From Escherichia coli (GTDB taxonomy: Bacteria; Pseudomonadota; Gammaproteobacteria; Enterobacterales; Enterobacteriaceae): a stretch of 64,000 nt of DNA. Below, piece after piece: positions 1 to 10,989 of the stretch. The notes under the pieces were generated by a model. It made no database searches and was not told the origin of the DNA. It worked only from the letters and a program-made list of their open reading frames with translations. The stretch lies in NCBI RefSeq assembly GCF_050320075.1, contig NZ_CP190018.1. One strand, given 5' to 3'. The first letter of the stretch is position 1; every line of letters starts with the position of its first letter. Made by a program: the position numbers and the translations under genes.

Positions 1-785
1 TTCGCAAAGGGTGTAATTCATTAGTCCGTGCTGAAAAAATATTAACCCACATTGCATGGGTTGGTATGGCAAGTTATATGGAGTTATTAAATAAATTCCA
101 GTACCCCAAAAGCAGCCTGCTTAATTTATTGAATGTAATGGTGGAGTGTGGTTTCTTAATTAAAAACAAAAACGGCTACTATTCACTGGGAATAAAAAAC
201 TACGAATTGGGTTGTCAGGCGTTACACCGTCAAAATATATTTGAGGTGACTAAGCGGCCAATGCAGGAGTTGTCGCTGAAAAGTGGACTGGTTTGTCATC
301 TTGGGGCGATGGAGAGCATTTCGGCTATCTATCTCGACAAGATCGAAAGTCCGGACTCTGTACCGACGAGCAAAAGCTGGATTGGCAAAAAACTTGAGTT
401 GCATATTACCGCGTTGGGTAAGGCATTATTAGCCTGGAAGACACGAGAAGAACTGGATTATTTTTTAGAAGCACTCACGTTAACTCCACATACGCGCAAT
501 ACATTTACCGATAAAAAATTGTTTCTGGAAGAATTACAAAAAACACGCCTTCGGGGATGGGCCATAGACAACGAAGAATCAACCTATGGGGCGGTATGTT
601 TAAGTATGCCGGTATTCAATATGTATAACAGAGTTAACTATGCAATCTCACTTTCTGGCGATCCGGTAGTTTATTCAGGAAATAAGATAGACAGCTATCT
701 GGAATTGCTCCGGAAATGCGCTGAGCAAATATCATATGGGCTGGGATACAGAAACGAAAATGAGCATTTACGAAAAGGAAACTGA
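1..785 (+). CDS. yjhI: IclR-family transcriptional regulator, N-terminus just outside window (K-12 YjhI-like)
   Basis: Reading frame is open to the window edge; ORF-track start at 66 is internal. IclR-like effector domain and synteny with yjhH/yjhG/yjhF. Confidence 0.75.
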   Translation, partial: RKGCNSLVRAEKILTHIAWVGMASYMELLNKFQYPKSSLLNLLNVMVECGFLIKNKNGYYSLGIKNYELGCQALHRQNIFEVTKRPMQELSLKSGLVCHLGAMESISAIYLDKIESPDSVPTSKSWIGKKLELHITALGKALLAWKTREELDYFLEALTLTPHTRNTFTDKKLFLEELQKTRLRGWAIDNEESTYGAVCLSMPVFNMYNRVNYAISLSGDPVVYSGNKIDSYLELLRKCAEQISYGLGYRNENEHLRKGN

Positions 786-789
786 GGTA

Positions 790-1695
790 ATGAAAAAATT
801 CAGCGGCATTATTCCACCGGTATCCAGCACGTTTCATCGTGACGGAACCCTTGATAAAAAGGCAATGCGCGAAGTTGCCGACTTCCTGATTAATAAAGGG
901 GTCGACGGGCTGTTTTATCTGGGTACCGGTGGTGAATTTAGCCAAATGAATACAGCCCAGCGCATGGCGCTCGCCGAAGAAGCTGTAACCATTGTCGACG
1001 GGCGAGTGCCGGTATTGATTGGCGTCGGTTCCCCTTCCACTGACGAAGCGGTCAAACTGGCGCAGCATGCGCAAGCCTACGGCGCTGATGGTATCGTCGC
1101 CATCAACCCCTACTACTGGAAAGTCGCACCACGAAATCTTGACGACTATTACCAGCAGATCGCCCGTAGCGTCACCCTACCAGTGATCCTGTACAACTTT
1201 CCGGATCTGACGGGTCAGGACTTAACCCCGGAAACCGTGACGCGTCTGGCTCTGCAAAACGAGAATATCGTTGGCATCAAAGACACCATCGACAGCGTTG
1301 GTCACTTGCGTACGATGATCAACACAGTTAAGTCGGTACGCCCGTCGTTTTCGGTATTCTGCGGTTACGATGATCATTTGCTGAATACGATGCTGCTGGG
1401 CGGCGACGGTGCGATAACCGCCAGCGCTAACTTTGCTCCGGAACTCTCCGTCGGCATCTACCGCGCCTGGCGTGAAGGCGATCTGGCGACCGCTGCGACG
1501 CTGAATAAAAAACTACTACAACTGCCCGCTATTTACGCCCTCGAAACACCGTTTGTCTCACTGATCAAATACAGCATGCAGTGTGTCGGGCTGCCTGTAG
1601 AGACATATTGCTTACCACCGATTCTTGAAGCATCAGAAGAAGCAAAAGATAAAGTCCACGTGCTGCTTACCGCGCAGGGCATTTTACCAGTCTGA
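790..1695 (+). CDS. yjhH: 2-dehydro-3-deoxy-D-pentonate aldolase (DapA/DHDPS family)
   Basis: ATG at 790 (MKKFSGIIPP...) preceded by GAGG; 301 aa as in K-12 YjhH; DHDPS-family sequence (GTGGEF). Confidence 0.85.
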   Translation: MKKFSGIIPPVSSTFHRDGTLDKKAMREVADFLINKGVDGLFYLGTGGEFSQMNTAQRMALAEEAVTIVDGRVPVLIGVGSPSTDEAVKLAQHAQAYGADGIVAINPYYWKVAPRNLDDYYQQIARSVTLPVILYNFPDLTGQDLTPETVTRLALQNENIVGIKDTIDSVGHLRTMINTVKSVRPSFSVFCGYDDHLLNTMLLGGDGAITASANFAPELSVGIYRAWREGDLATAATLNKKLLQLPAIYALETPFVSLIKYSMQCVGLPVETYCLPPILEASEEAKDKVHVLLTAQGILPV

Positions 1696-1705
1696 GGAGA
1701 AACTC

Positions 1706-3673
1706 ATGTCTGTTCGCAATATTTTTGCTGACGAGAGCCACGATATTTACACCGTCAGAACGCACGCCGATGGCCCGGACGGCGAACTCCCATTAACCGC
1801 AGAGATGCTTATCAACCGCCCGAGCGGGGATCTGTTCGGTATGACCATGAATGCCGGAATGGGTTGGTCTCCGGACGAGCTGGATCGGGACGGTATTTTA
1901 CTGCTCAGTACACTCGGTGGCTTACGCGGCGCAGACGGTAAACCCGTGGCGCTGGCGCTGCACCAGGGGCATTACGAACTGGACATCCAGATAAAAGCGG
2001 CGGCCGAGGTTATTAAAGCCAACCATGCCCTGCCCTATGCCGTGTACGTCTCCGATCCTTGTGACGGGCGTACTCAGGGTACAACGGGGATGTTTGATTC
2101 GCTACCATACCGAAATGACGCATCGATGGTAATGCGCCGCCTTATTCGCTCTCTGCCCGACGCGAAAGCAGTTATTGGTGTGGCGAGTTGCGATAAGGGG
2201 CTTCCGGCCACCATGATGGCACTCGCCGCGCAGCACAACATCGCAACCGTGCTGGTCCCCGGCGGCGCGACGCTGCCCGCAAAGGATGGAGAAGACAACG
2301 GCAAGGTGCAAACCATTGGCGCACGCTTCGCCAATGGCGAATTATCTCTACAGGACGCACGCCGTGCGGGCTGTAAAGCCTGTGCCTCTTCCGGCGGCGG
2401 CTGTCAATTTTTGGGCACTGCCGGGACATCTCAGGTGGTGGCCGAAGGATTGGGGCTGGCAATCCCACATTCAGCCCTTGCCCCTTCCGGTGAGCCTGTG
2501 TGGCGGGAGATCGCCAGAGCTTCCGCGCGAGCTGCGCTGAACCTGAGTCAAAAAGGCATCACCACCCGGGAAATTCTCACCGATAAAGCGATAGAGAATG
2601 CGATGACGGTCCATGCCGCGTTCGGTGGTTCAACAAACCTGCTGTTACACATCCCGGCAATTGCTCACCAGGCAGGTTGCCATATCCCGACCGTTGATGA
2701 CTGGATCCGCATCAACAAGCGCGTGCCCCGACTGGTGAGCGTACTGCCTAATGGCCCGGTTTATCATCCAACGGTCAATGCCTTTATGGCAGGTGGTGTG
2801 CCGGAAGTCATGTTGCATCTGCGCAGCCTCGGATTGTTGCATGAAGACGTTATGACGGTTACCGGCAGCACGCTGAAAGAAAACCTCGACTGGTGGGAGC
2901 ACTCCGAACGGCGTCAGCGGTTCAAGCAACTCCTGCTCGATCAGGAACAAATCAACGCTGACGAAGTGATCATGTCTCCGCAGCAAGCAAAAGCGCGCGG
3001 ATTAACCTCAACTATCACCTTCCCGGTGGGTAATATTGCGCCAGAAGGTTCGGTGATCAAATCCACCGCCATTGACCCCTCGATGATTGATGAGCAAGGT
3101 ATCTATTACCATAAAGGTGTGGCGAAGGTTTATCTGTCCGAGAAAAGTGCGATTTACGATATCAAACATGACAAGATCAAGGCGGGCGATATTCTGGTCA
3201 TTATTGGCGTTGGACCTTCAGGTACAGGGATGGAAGAAACCTACCAGGTTACCAGTGCCCTGAAGCATCTGTCATACGGTAAGCATGTTTCGTTAATCAC
3301 CGATGCACGTTTCTCGGGCGTTTCTACTGGCGCGTGCATCGGCCATGTGGGGCCAGAAGCGCTGGCCGGAGGCCCCATCGGTAAATTACGCACCGGGGAT
3401 GTAATTGAAATTAAAATTGATTGTCGCGAGCTTCACGGCGAAGTCAATTTCCTCGGAACCCGTAGCGATGAACAATTACCTTCACAGGAGGAGGCAACTG
3501 CAATATTAAATGCCAGACCCAGCCATCAGGATTTACTTCCCGATCCTGAATTGCCAGATGATACCCAGCTATGGGCAATGCTTCAGGCCGTGAGTGGCGG
3601 GACATGGACCGGTTGTATTTATGATGTAAACAAAATTGGCGCGGCTTTGCGCGATTTTATGAATAAAAACTGA
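1706..3673 (+). CDS. yjhG: D-xylonate dehydratase (IlvD/EDD family)
   Basis: ATG at 1706 after GAGGAG; 655 aa; IlvD/EDD-family motifs (CDKGLPA, SGGGCQFLGTAGTSQ). Confidence 0.85.
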   Translation: MSVRNIFADESHDIYTVRTHADGPDGELPLTAEMLINRPSGDLFGMTMNAGMGWSPDELDRDGILLLSTLGGLRGADGKPVALALHQGHYELDIQIKAAAEVIKANHALPYAVYVSDPCDGRTQGTTGMFDSLPYRNDASMVMRRLIRSLPDAKAVIGVASCDKGLPATMMALAAQHNIATVLVPGGATLPAKDGEDNGKVQTIGARFANGELSLQDARRAGCKACASSGGGCQFLGTAGTSQVVAEGLGLAIPHSALAPSGEPVWREIARASARAALNLSQKGITTREILTDKAIENAMTVHAAFGGSTNLLLHIPAIAHQAGCHIPTVDDWIRINKRVPRLVSVLPNGPVYHPTVNAFMAGGVPEVMLHLRSLGLLHEDVMTVTGSTLKENLDWWEHSERRQRFKQLLLDQEQINADEVIMSPQQAKARGLTSTITFPVGNIAPEGSVIKSTAIDPSMIDEQGIYYHKGVAKVYLSEKSAIYDIKHDKIKAGDILVIIGVGPSGTGMEETYQVTSALKHLSYGKHVSLITDARFSGVSTGACIGHVGPEALAGGPIGKLRTGDVIEIKIDCRELHGEVNFLGTRSDEQLPSQEEATAILNARPSHQDLLPDPELPDDTQLWAMLQAVSGGTWTGCIYDVNKIGAALRDFMNKN

Positions 3674-3704
3674 AAGCATAAATAAAAACATCCAGACACC
3701 TGAA

Positions 3705-3746
3705 TTATCCGACTCTGCATCATTCGTTATTTGCTCAGTCGGATAA
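3705..3746. promoter_or_regulatory. 10-bp perfect inverted repeat (TTATCCGACT ... AGTCGGATAA) between yjhG and yjhF
   Basis: Palindromic arms at 3705-3714 and 3737-3746, no downstream T-run; candidate operator rather than terminator. Confidence 0.25.
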
Positions 3747-3779
3747 TGATGGGTCGCTACCCTGTTATGAGAGGACGTT

Positions 3780-5129
3780 ATGCCACTAATTATCGTTGTG
3801 GCAGGGATTGCTTTACTCCTGCTTTTAACCATAAAAATTAAGCTTAATACGTTTGTTTCGTTAATTATTGTCTCGATTGCTGTCGCCATCGCCAGTGGTA
3901 TGGATTTGAGTAAAGTCGTCACCTCAGTCGAATCCGGGCTTGGCGGTACGCTGGGCCATATTGGTTTGATATTTGGCTTCGGTGTTATGCTCGGTCGCTT
4001 GCTGGCCGATGCGGGTGGTGCGCAGCGAATAGCGCTGACCATGCTGAATTATTTCGGGAAAAATAAACTTGACTGGGCAGTGGTCTGTTCGGCGTTTATT
4101 GTCGGTATCGCACTTTTTTTCGAAGTCGGTTTAATTCTTCTGGTACCTATTTTATTCGCTATTGCCCGTGAAGCAAAAATATCACCGATGTTTATGTGTG
4201 TGCCGATGCTTTCTGGTTTGCTGGTCGCACACGGTTTTTTGCCGCCGCACCCCGGCCCGACTGTTATCGCCAGGGAATATGGCGCTGATGTAGGATTGGT
4301 ACTGATATACGGTATCATTGTCGGCATTCCAACCTTTATTCTTTGCGGCCCGGTATTGAATAAATTCTGCCAGCGCATTATTCCGGACGCCTTTAAAAAA
4401 GAGGGGAATATAGCCTCTCTCGGCGCGACCCGCCGATTCAGCGAAAGCGAAATGCCAGGCTTTGGGATCAGTTTTCTCACGGCAATGCTGCCGGTGATCC
4501 TGATGGCGGTTGTCACCATCATCCAGATGACTCATGCCAAAAGTGCCGCGGATTCTGGCTTATTTTACAACGTGATACTGTTCTTAGGTAATTCGACGAT
4601 CGCCATGCTGATTTCACTGCTGTTCGCGATCTATACCATGGGCCTGGGGCGCGGGAAAACAATCCCTGACCTGATGGATTCTTGCGGAAAAGCTATCGCG
4701 GGTATTGCCGGTCTGCTGCTGATTATCGGTGGTGGTGGTGCATTCAAGCAAGTTCTCATCGACTCTGGCGTTGGTCAGTATATTTCCACCCTGGTTTCGG
4801 GTATGGATATTAACCCGATCTTGATGGCCTGGGGCGTGGCCGCATTCCTGCGTATTTGTCTGGGTTCAGCCACCGTCGCGGCGATCTCTACCGCCGGTCT
4901 GGTCATCCCATTGTTGGCAGTACATCCCAATACCAACCTGGCCTTGATTACGCTGGCTACCGGTGCCGGATCCTGTATTTGTTCTCACGTTAACGATGCC
5001 AGTTTCTGGATGATTAAAGACTTTTTTGGCCTGACCACCAAAGAAACGCTGTTATCCTGGACGTTGATGTCCACACTCTTATCCATCAGTGGGCTGATTT
5101 TTATTCTGCTCGCCAGCTTAGTTTTATAA
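3780..5129 (+). CDS. yjhF: GntP-family permease (putative pentonate transporter)
   Basis: 449 aa polytopic membrane protein; GntP-like sequence; synteny. Confidence 0.85.
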
Positions 5130-5475
5130 TCGGGTTCTTGCCAGTGAGCCAACCTGTTGTTCACTGTCCCCCATAATTTAGTGAGTGACGGCAACCGTCT
5201 GCACGGTGACGAATCGCTGGCGATCAAAAAGGGGCGATATTGAACCGTCGATTATGCTTGATGGGTGTACTCTCAGTAATACTGTAAAGCCGGAGCATGT
5301 CTCCGACTTTACAGTATGGGGGAACAGCAGGCGATCGCTCAAATGGTATGCTGGTTTATTTCATGTAAAAGAATAAAATATCTGTATAAAATCATGCCAC
5401 TGGCAATCTGCATCAACTCTCCGGGTAAACAGGGTTAAGATGAGCATTTCCCCGGTTTAATACAGGTATACAAAA

Positions 5476-6462
5476 GTGGATAGAGATCAAACAAACAGCA
5501 GCCTGTTCAATGATGATCCCGTACTTCATGCAACATGGCTGTACTATCAGGAAGGCAAAAGCCAGACTGAAGTTGCAGCTATCATGGGGGTGTCCCGCGT
5601 CACGGTTGTCAAATACCTGCAAACAGCCCGGGAAAATGGACTGGTTCATATCAACCTGGATGTGAATGTCTTTGGCTCTATCGACGCTGCTTTGCAAATT
5701 CGCGATAAATTCAATCTCCAGAGAGTGATCATCGTGCCGGATGGCGAACATGCCGGAAAACGTGATGATACAAAGCTGATGCGGACTCGCCTTTCACGTG
5801 CCGGTGGCATGTATCTGAATCAGGTGATTGAGAATGGTGATGTGCTGGGGGTTGCCTGGGGAAGAACAATCCATCAGATGAGCAAAACCATGACGCCGAA
5901 GTCATGTAAAAATGTCACCGTTATACAGATGCTCGGTTCCATGCCATCTCAGCCAGACCTGACGATCATTGAATCCTCATCGCAAATCGCCTACAAGCTT
6001 TCAGGCCGTGTCGCCTCGCTGCACGTGCCCGCCGTGGTATCAAGCGCCAGACTGGCCATGGAGTTACAGGCAGAGCCTATTATTCGATCGAATTTTGACG
6101 TTCTGACTCGCTGTACGAAAGCCTTTTTTGTCGTGGGTAACGCGCTTGATGAAAATCCCCTGATTCGGGTGGGCGTGCTGAATAAGAAGGAAATGCAGAC
6201 GTATCGGGATTTAGGCGCAGTAGGTGTCATTTGTGGTCGCTTCTATGACAAGGAAGGGATGCCCGTCGTGGCTGATGTTGACCAGCGTATTCTGGGAATC
6301 AGTCTGGCTCAGCTAAGGCAGATTGAACGGAAGATCTTCCTTGCTGGTGGGGAAAGAGGCTATGACGCAACGTTGGGTGCCCTGCTGGGAGGATATGTCA
6401 CGGACCTGATTGTTGATGAAGGAACGGCAGAGTTTTTGCTGGCGTGTGAATTACCACACTAA
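5476..6462 (+). CDS. yjhU: SorC/DeoR-type sugar-binding transcriptional regulator
   Basis: 328 aa; N-terminal HTH (QTEVAAIMGVSRVTVVKYL) and SorC-like sugar-binding domain. Confidence 0.8.
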   Translation: MDRDQTNSSLFNDDPVLHATWLYYQEGKSQTEVAAIMGVSRVTVVKYLQTARENGLVHINLDVNVFGSIDAALQIRDKFNLQRVIIVPDGEHAGKRDDTKLMRTRLSRAGGMYLNQVIENGDVLGVAWGRTIHQMSKTMTPKSCKNVTVIQMLGSMPSQPDLTIIESSSQIAYKLSGRVASLHVPAVVSSARLAMELQAEPIIRSNFDVLTRCTKAFFVVGNALDENPLIRVGVLNKKEMQTYRDLGAVGVICGRFYDKEGMPVVADVDQRILGISLAQLRQIERKIFLAGGERGYDATLGALLGGYVTDLIVDEGTAEFLLACELPH

Positions 6463-6474
6463 AAGAATGAACAA

Positions 6475-6506
6475 CTGCCCCATGTGGATATGGGGCAGGA
6501 TTTTAT
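6475..6506 (+). terminator. Rho-independent terminator (bidirectional) between convergent yjhU and the transporter gene
   Basis: 9-bp stem CTGCCCCAT/ATGGGGCAG with 6-nt loop, followed by GATTTTATTG; A-rich on the other side. Confidence 0.5.
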
Positions 6507-7360
6507 TGATTAGCGGCGATAATAAGAACAATACCCACAATGTATGAAATAAACATGGTCAGCAGCAGTTTATTGGTTCCGGCTGGCGCACTGGCAAATT
6601 CTCTCCAGATGAAGACTCCCCAGATCACGGCAATCATTGTGGCCCCCTGTCCCAGACCGTAGGAAATGGCATACCCCGCCTGACCAGACGCAATCAGACT
6701 GAATGCCAGACCGACACACCAAATCATACCGCCCAGCCAGCCGCAAACATGATCCCGTAAGCTCCCGGAAAAATACATTTTCCCGTTGACCGGTTCTCCT
6801 GAAATAGGTTTTTTCATGACCAGCGTGTTAAGGACAAAGTTCGACAAGAACAGCCCCACGGCAAACAGAACAAGTGCTGAGTAAGGCGTCATCAGACCGC
6901 TGGCAGGCTGGCTGAAATTGTCAGACATGGAGTCCGCCAAGAAGCGGAAAAACCATCCCATGATGATACCCGCCAGAATGGCAGTAATGAGACCTTTATT
7001 ACGGCGAGATTTATCCGCCTCCTGCGTGACACGACCATAGGCTATCGCGGTAAAAATAATGGCGATCACAACGCAGGCGACACCGAGGAACAGAATGAGC
7101 GGATCGCCCTGCGGATTGCCGATATAGGTGGTGATCACACCCAGAGCCAGTGCCAGCCCCACACCCACAGGAAAAGCTACCGCCATACCGGCAAGATTAA
7201 TAGAAGCGACCAGAAGAATATTGGAAATATTGAAGATAATCCCTGCCAGTATTGCCGACATCAGACTACTGCTGCTCGCCTGCTGAATATCAGGTATAAA
7301 ACTGCGACCGGCTTCGCCCATAGAACCCAGCGTGAAGGCAAATAACAAAGAACACAGCAA
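6503..7360 (-). CDS. Polytopic membrane transporter (DMT-superfamily-like sugar permease?), possible 5' frameshift
   Basis: Hydrophobic throughout; frame stays open about 80 nt upstream of the called TTG start and an out-of-frame ATG (MGVPSILLGLFNWIIAVFF) sits there. Confidence 0.45.
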   Translation of the reverse strand: MLCSLLFAFTLGSMGEAGRSFIPDIQQASSSSLMSAILAGIIFNISNILLVASINLAGMAVAFPVGVGLALALGVITTYIGNPQGDPLILFLGVACVVIAIIFTAIAYGRVTQEADKSRRNKGLITAILAGIIMGWFFRFLADSMSDNFSQPASGLMTPYSALVLFAVGLFLSNFVLNTLVMKKPISGEPVNGKMYFSGSLRDHVCGWLGGMIWCVGLAFSLIASGQAGYAISYGLGQGATMIAVIWGVFIWREFASAPAGTNKLLLTMFISYIVGIVLIIAANQ

Positions 7361-7462
7361 TAATCCAATTGAATAATCCCAATAGAATAGAGGGAACTCC
7401 CATTTTTTATTGCTGACAAGTTTAGTTGTATTGTAAGCGACTCGTCAGAACCGTATTGATAT

Positions 7463-9034
7463 TTACTGAGAGCTCAGATCAACTTTCCAGGGCAACAGAT
7501 CGCGTACCCGGTTTGCCGGCCAGTCCTGGATATGTTCAATGACGTAACGCAGCCACTTTTCTGGCTCCACATTGTTCAGACGGCATGTGCCGATCAGCGA
7601 GTACAACACCGCCGCATGTTCACCACCGCTGTCGGAACCCGCGAACATCCAGTTTTTCCGGCCTACGGCCACTCCCCGTAAGGCGTTCTCTGCGATGTTG
7701 TTGTCGATTTCCACCCAGCCATTACTGCAGTACACGTTCAGTGCATCCCACTGTTTCAGCAGGTATGCGAACGCTTTTGCCGTATCTGAGTGACGCGACA
7801 GTGTTTTCATCTGTTGCTGTATCCAGTCATACAGTGACTGCATCAGTGGCGCGGCTCTGGCTTTTCTTGCCGCCAGACGCTGTTCTGCTGAACAGCCCCG
7901 GACCTCTGCCTCGATGGCATACAGTTCACCGATACGCTGCAGGGCTTCCGTGGTGATGTAGGTGGGCGCTCTTGCATGCACATCGTGGATTTTTCTCCGG
8001 GCATGAGCCATACACGCGGCTTCCGTTATTCTGCCGGATTCGTATAACGCCCGGTAACCACCGTAAGCATCGGCCTGAAGCACACCGCTGTAACCGGCCA
8101 GGTGATTTTGTGGATGGATACCTTTCCGGTCCGGACTGTACGCGAACCAGACCGCCGGGGGCATCTGTGAACCGGCGTTACGGTCATCACGGACGTAGAC
8201 CCACAGCCGGGCTGTCCGGGTTTTACCGCTGCCCGGCTCCTGGACCGGGACGGGGATATCATCAGCATGGACTTTACCGGGCATCAGCACATACTGGCGC
8301 AGGACGTCATACAGCGGCTCCAGCAGTTCAGCAACAGCACCTGTCCAGCGCCCCAGTGTGGCACGGCTCAGCTCCACTCCCTGACGACGGTATATTTCTG
8401 ACTGGCGGTATAACGGCAGATGGTCTGCATATTTCCCGGTGACAACATGGGCCAGAAGCCCCGCTCCGGCATAACTGCGTGCAATGGGTTTTGAAGGTAC
8501 TGGTGCCTGCACGATATGGTCGCACCGGCAACAGGCCTGTTTCGGACGTTGTGTTTCGATAACCTTAAAGGCGCTGCTGATAAGCTCCAGTTGCTCTGAC
8601 ACATCACATCCCAGAGAACTGAGTTCACCACCACAGGCAGGACAGCATTCCTCTTCCGGCCGGATAACCCGGGTTTCACGGGGAAGTGAGGCCGGTAACG
8701 GTTTACGGGCTGAAGACTGGCGCAGGGCGGATGGCAGTACCGGGTCATATTGCTCACCCAGCGTTTCCGCCATTTCTTCCTGAAGTGCGCTGATTCGCTC
8801 CTGTGCTTCCTGTATCTGCCGTTCGGTTTTTGCACGAAGTTTTTCTGAGCTTTTACCGAACTGCATACGTTGCAGTTTCGCAACCAGCGCCTTCAGCCGG
8901 TTGATTTCGGAAGCATAAGCCGCCACCCGCTGTGAGAGCAGGCGGTTGTATTCAGCCATCTGGCGGATGGTGTCCTGTTGCGTCTGCAACAGTGCCCGCA
9001 GGCGGGCGTTCTCATGAGCAAGTGAGGTGTCCAT
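7463..9034 (-). CDS. IS66-family transposase (TnpC)
   Basis: 523 aa; typical IS66 transposase with N-terminal coiled coil, CxxC zinc motifs and DDE core. Confidence 0.9.
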   Translation of the reverse strand: MDTSLAHENARLRALLQTQQDTIRQMAEYNRLLSQRVAAYASEINRLKALVAKLQRMQFGKSSEKLRAKTERQIQEAQERISALQEEMAETLGEQYDPVLPSALRQSSARKPLPASLPRETRVIRPEEECCPACGGELSSLGCDVSEQLELISSAFKVIETQRPKQACCRCDHIVQAPVPSKPIARSYAGAGLLAHVVTGKYADHLPLYRQSEIYRRQGVELSRATLGRWTGAVAELLEPLYDVLRQYVLMPGKVHADDIPVPVQEPGSGKTRTARLWVYVRDDRNAGSQMPPAVWFAYSPDRKGIHPQNHLAGYSGVLQADAYGGYRALYESGRITEAACMAHARRKIHDVHARAPTYITTEALQRIGELYAIEAEVRGCSAEQRLAARKARAAPLMQSLYDWIQQQMKTLSRHSDTAKAFAYLLKQWDALNVYCSNGWVEIDNNIAENALRGVAVGRKNWMFAGSDSGGEHAAVLYSLIGTCRLNNVEPEKWLRYVIEHIQDWPANRVRDLLPWKVDLSSQ

Positions 9035-9053
9035 ATCCTCACTTTACAACGGG

Positions 9054-9401
9054 TTATATGCGGATTCCAGCGCGTTCCGTTCGTTTCGGGTGCTTCCAGT
9101 TGATACCTTCAAGAAGCATGGATAACTGAGCCGGAGTAAGGTGCACCTTGCCGTCACGGGTGACTGGCCAGACGAAGCGGCCCCGCTCCAGGCGTTTGGT
9201 GAAGAGGCACAGTCCGTCACTGTCAGCCCACAACACTTTTATCTGGTCACCCCGGCGTCCGCGGAAGATGAACAGGTGTCCGGAGAACGGGTCATCCTTC
9301 AGGACGTTCTGAACTTTTGATGCCAGGCCGTTAAAGCCATTTCGCATATCGGTGATACCTGCAACCAGCCAGATACGCGAACCTGCAGGGAGAGATATCA
9401 T
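9054..9401 (-). CDS. IS66 Orf2 (TnpB-like accessory protein)
   Basis: 115 aa; conserved IS66 orf2 sequence (WLVAGITDMRNGFNGL). Confidence 0.9.
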   Translation of the reverse strand: MISLPAGSRIWLVAGITDMRNGFNGLASKVQNVLKDDPFSGHLFIFRGRRGDQIKVLWADSDGLCLFTKRLERGRFVWPVTRDGKVHLTPAQLSMLLEGINWKHPKRTERAGIRI

Positions 9402-10078
9402 CAGTGGCTGCTCCCTTTTATTTCGCGGATAAGTGTCTGTAATAACGCCGGCGTCAGTTTACCTTTAAGCCTGAGAGTTCCGGCCGGCAGAACCAGCTCA
9501 CAACACAGACTGTCGGACGGTGTATTTATCTGCTCTGGTTCCTGTGCGGGGGCCGGGATTTTATTATCCGGCTCCGGCGTTAACGTCACGGGAAGCAGTG
9601 CCGGCATATTTTTTCCGGAAGGCAGCAGGCCACCTTTCCGGTATTGATGGCGCCAGTTGAAGAGCAGGTTATCGTTGATTCCGTTTTCCCGGGCGATCTG
9701 CGCCACACAGGCTCCGGGCTGCAGTGACTGCTCCACTAAGGCGATTTTAAACTCATAAGGGAAGTTGGGCCGCCGGGGACGTTTTTTTACCACGGGGGCT
9801 TCGGATATAACGGTGCTTTCAGGACGTACGACTGGTACCGTGGAAAATTGTCCGTAAAGGCAGGCATCAAGTTCCTGCTCCGACATGCCTGCGGGCAAAG
9901 GCCACGAAAGGCCAGCTCTCCGAAAGCGCACGAACATACTACAAACTGTTGATTTTGGTACACCCAGGCGACGCCCGGCCACAACCCGGGGTAAATGTTC
10001 TTCAAAGTGAAGACGTAAAGCTTCAGTGATCCAGGTCCGGTGTTTCATACGATAGTGTCCATTAAAAATGATGGACAT
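9401..10078 (-). CDS. IS66 Orf1 (TnpA-like, HTH accessory protein)
   Basis: 225 aa; start overlaps the orf2 stop, as is typical of IS66 operons. Confidence 0.75.
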   Translation of the reverse strand: MSIIFNGHYRMKHRTWITEALRLHFEEHLPRVVAGRRLGVPKSTVCSMFVRFRRAGLSWPLPAGMSEQELDACLYGQFSTVPVVRPESTVISEAPVVKKRPRRPNFPYEFKIALVEQSLQPGACVAQIARENGINDNLLFNWRHQYRKGGLLPSGKNMPALLPVTLTPEPDNKIPAPAQEPEQINTPSDSLCCELVLPAGTLRLKGKLTPALLQTLIREIKGSSH

Positions 10079-10317
10079 TATTTTTGTAGAGCCGGAGGAA
10101 ACAGACCAGACGGTTTAAATGAGCCGGTTACGTTGTATTCGCCCATGAACCCCAGCAAATCATGGTAATAAAACACATTATTATGGCGACAGCATACGAT
10201 TCCACGATAAACATAAATAACTCCTTGTGGTAGTTATAATCAATCGTTGTGGACAGAGGGAATAGCAGCCATTCTGCGAATGGCTGTCATATGTTATTAA
10301 TTAAAATAAAGCTGTAA

Positions 10318-10959
10318 TTACGCTTTCAAACCATACGTTTTGAATTTTTCAAGGACGATGGTCATTTCGGCTTCAGACAGCACGGGAACATCGTGATGTA
10401 ATCCGCCACATTTGATGTATAAATCAGCCAGCGTCTCGGTTTCACCCGCCAGCCACAACGTCTTTTCCAGCGTGACGTCCATGGCCAGCATACCGTGGTG
10501 CTGCATCAGCAAGGACTTACTTTCTCTGATTCCTTTAGATACACCGTCGGCCAGTTCAGGACTGCCAAAGGTATAATAGGGAATACAGGGAATATGATCC
10601 GTCCCCGATACCGCCACCATATAATGAATGGCCGGAATTGAATGATTATGTATTGCCACCGCCGTGGAATTCACCGCATGCGTATGTATGACAGCATTCA
10701 ATTCTGGTCTGGCTTTATAACACGCCAGATGAAATAACCATTCACTTGATGGTATTTTACCCGCTTCAGGTATTCCCTTATCGTCTACAAAGACAATCAT
10801 GTCCGGCGTCATCTTTGAATAAGCGATCCCACTCGGCGTAATCAACATGCCACCGGTATACCTGGCACTCACATTACCTGATGTTCCTTGATTAAGACCT
10901 GACGCATTCATTTCCCGACAAGTGGAAATGATTTTTTCTGCTAACTTAATCCGTTCCAT
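10318..10959 (-). CDS. Class II aldolase/adducin-family enzyme (putative 5-deoxyribulose-1-P / methylthioribulose-1-P aldolase)
   Basis: 213 aa; class II aldolase fold with histidine-rich metal-site residues; directly downstream of mtnA and mtnK homologues. Confidence 0.7.
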   Translation of the reverse strand: MERIKLAEKIISTCREMNASGLNQGTSGNVSARYTGGMLITPSGIAYSKMTPDMIVFVDDKGIPEAGKIPSSEWLFHLACYKARPELNAVIHTHAVNSTAVAIHNHSIPAIHYMVAVSGTDHIPCIPYYTFGSPELADGVSKGIRESKSLLMQHHGMLAMDVTLEKTLWLAGETETLADLYIKCGGLHHDVPVLSEAEMTIVLEKFKTYGLKA

Positions 10960-10989
10960 TCCTGATCCTTAATAGCAATGGCCGCCGTT

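Larger units (their letters stand above)
7400..10200 (-). mobile_element. IS66-family insertion sequence (three-ORF type), ends approximate
   Basis: Contiguous IS66 orf1, orf2 and large DDE transposase ORFs on the minus strand; terminal repeats not resolved by eye. Confidence 0.8.

Noticed and set aside
2074-2986. Overlapping ORFs antisense to or out of frame with yjhG
   Set aside because: Embedded in a conserved dehydratase gene with no ribosome-binding sites or motifs; consistent with chance open frames.
7572-8883. Plus-strand ORFs (73-171 aa) inside the IS66 transposase gene
   Set aside because: They lie entirely within and antisense to a well-supported transposase gene, have Arg/Pro-rich low-complexity composition typical of GC-rich antisense frames, and show no motifs.
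10266-10286. Hairpin CAGCCATTC-TGC-GAATGGCTG as terminator of the mtnK operon
   Set aside because: The stem is perfect but the loop is only 3 nt and no U-tract follows on the minus strand; it may be a structural element or part of the IS66 flank.
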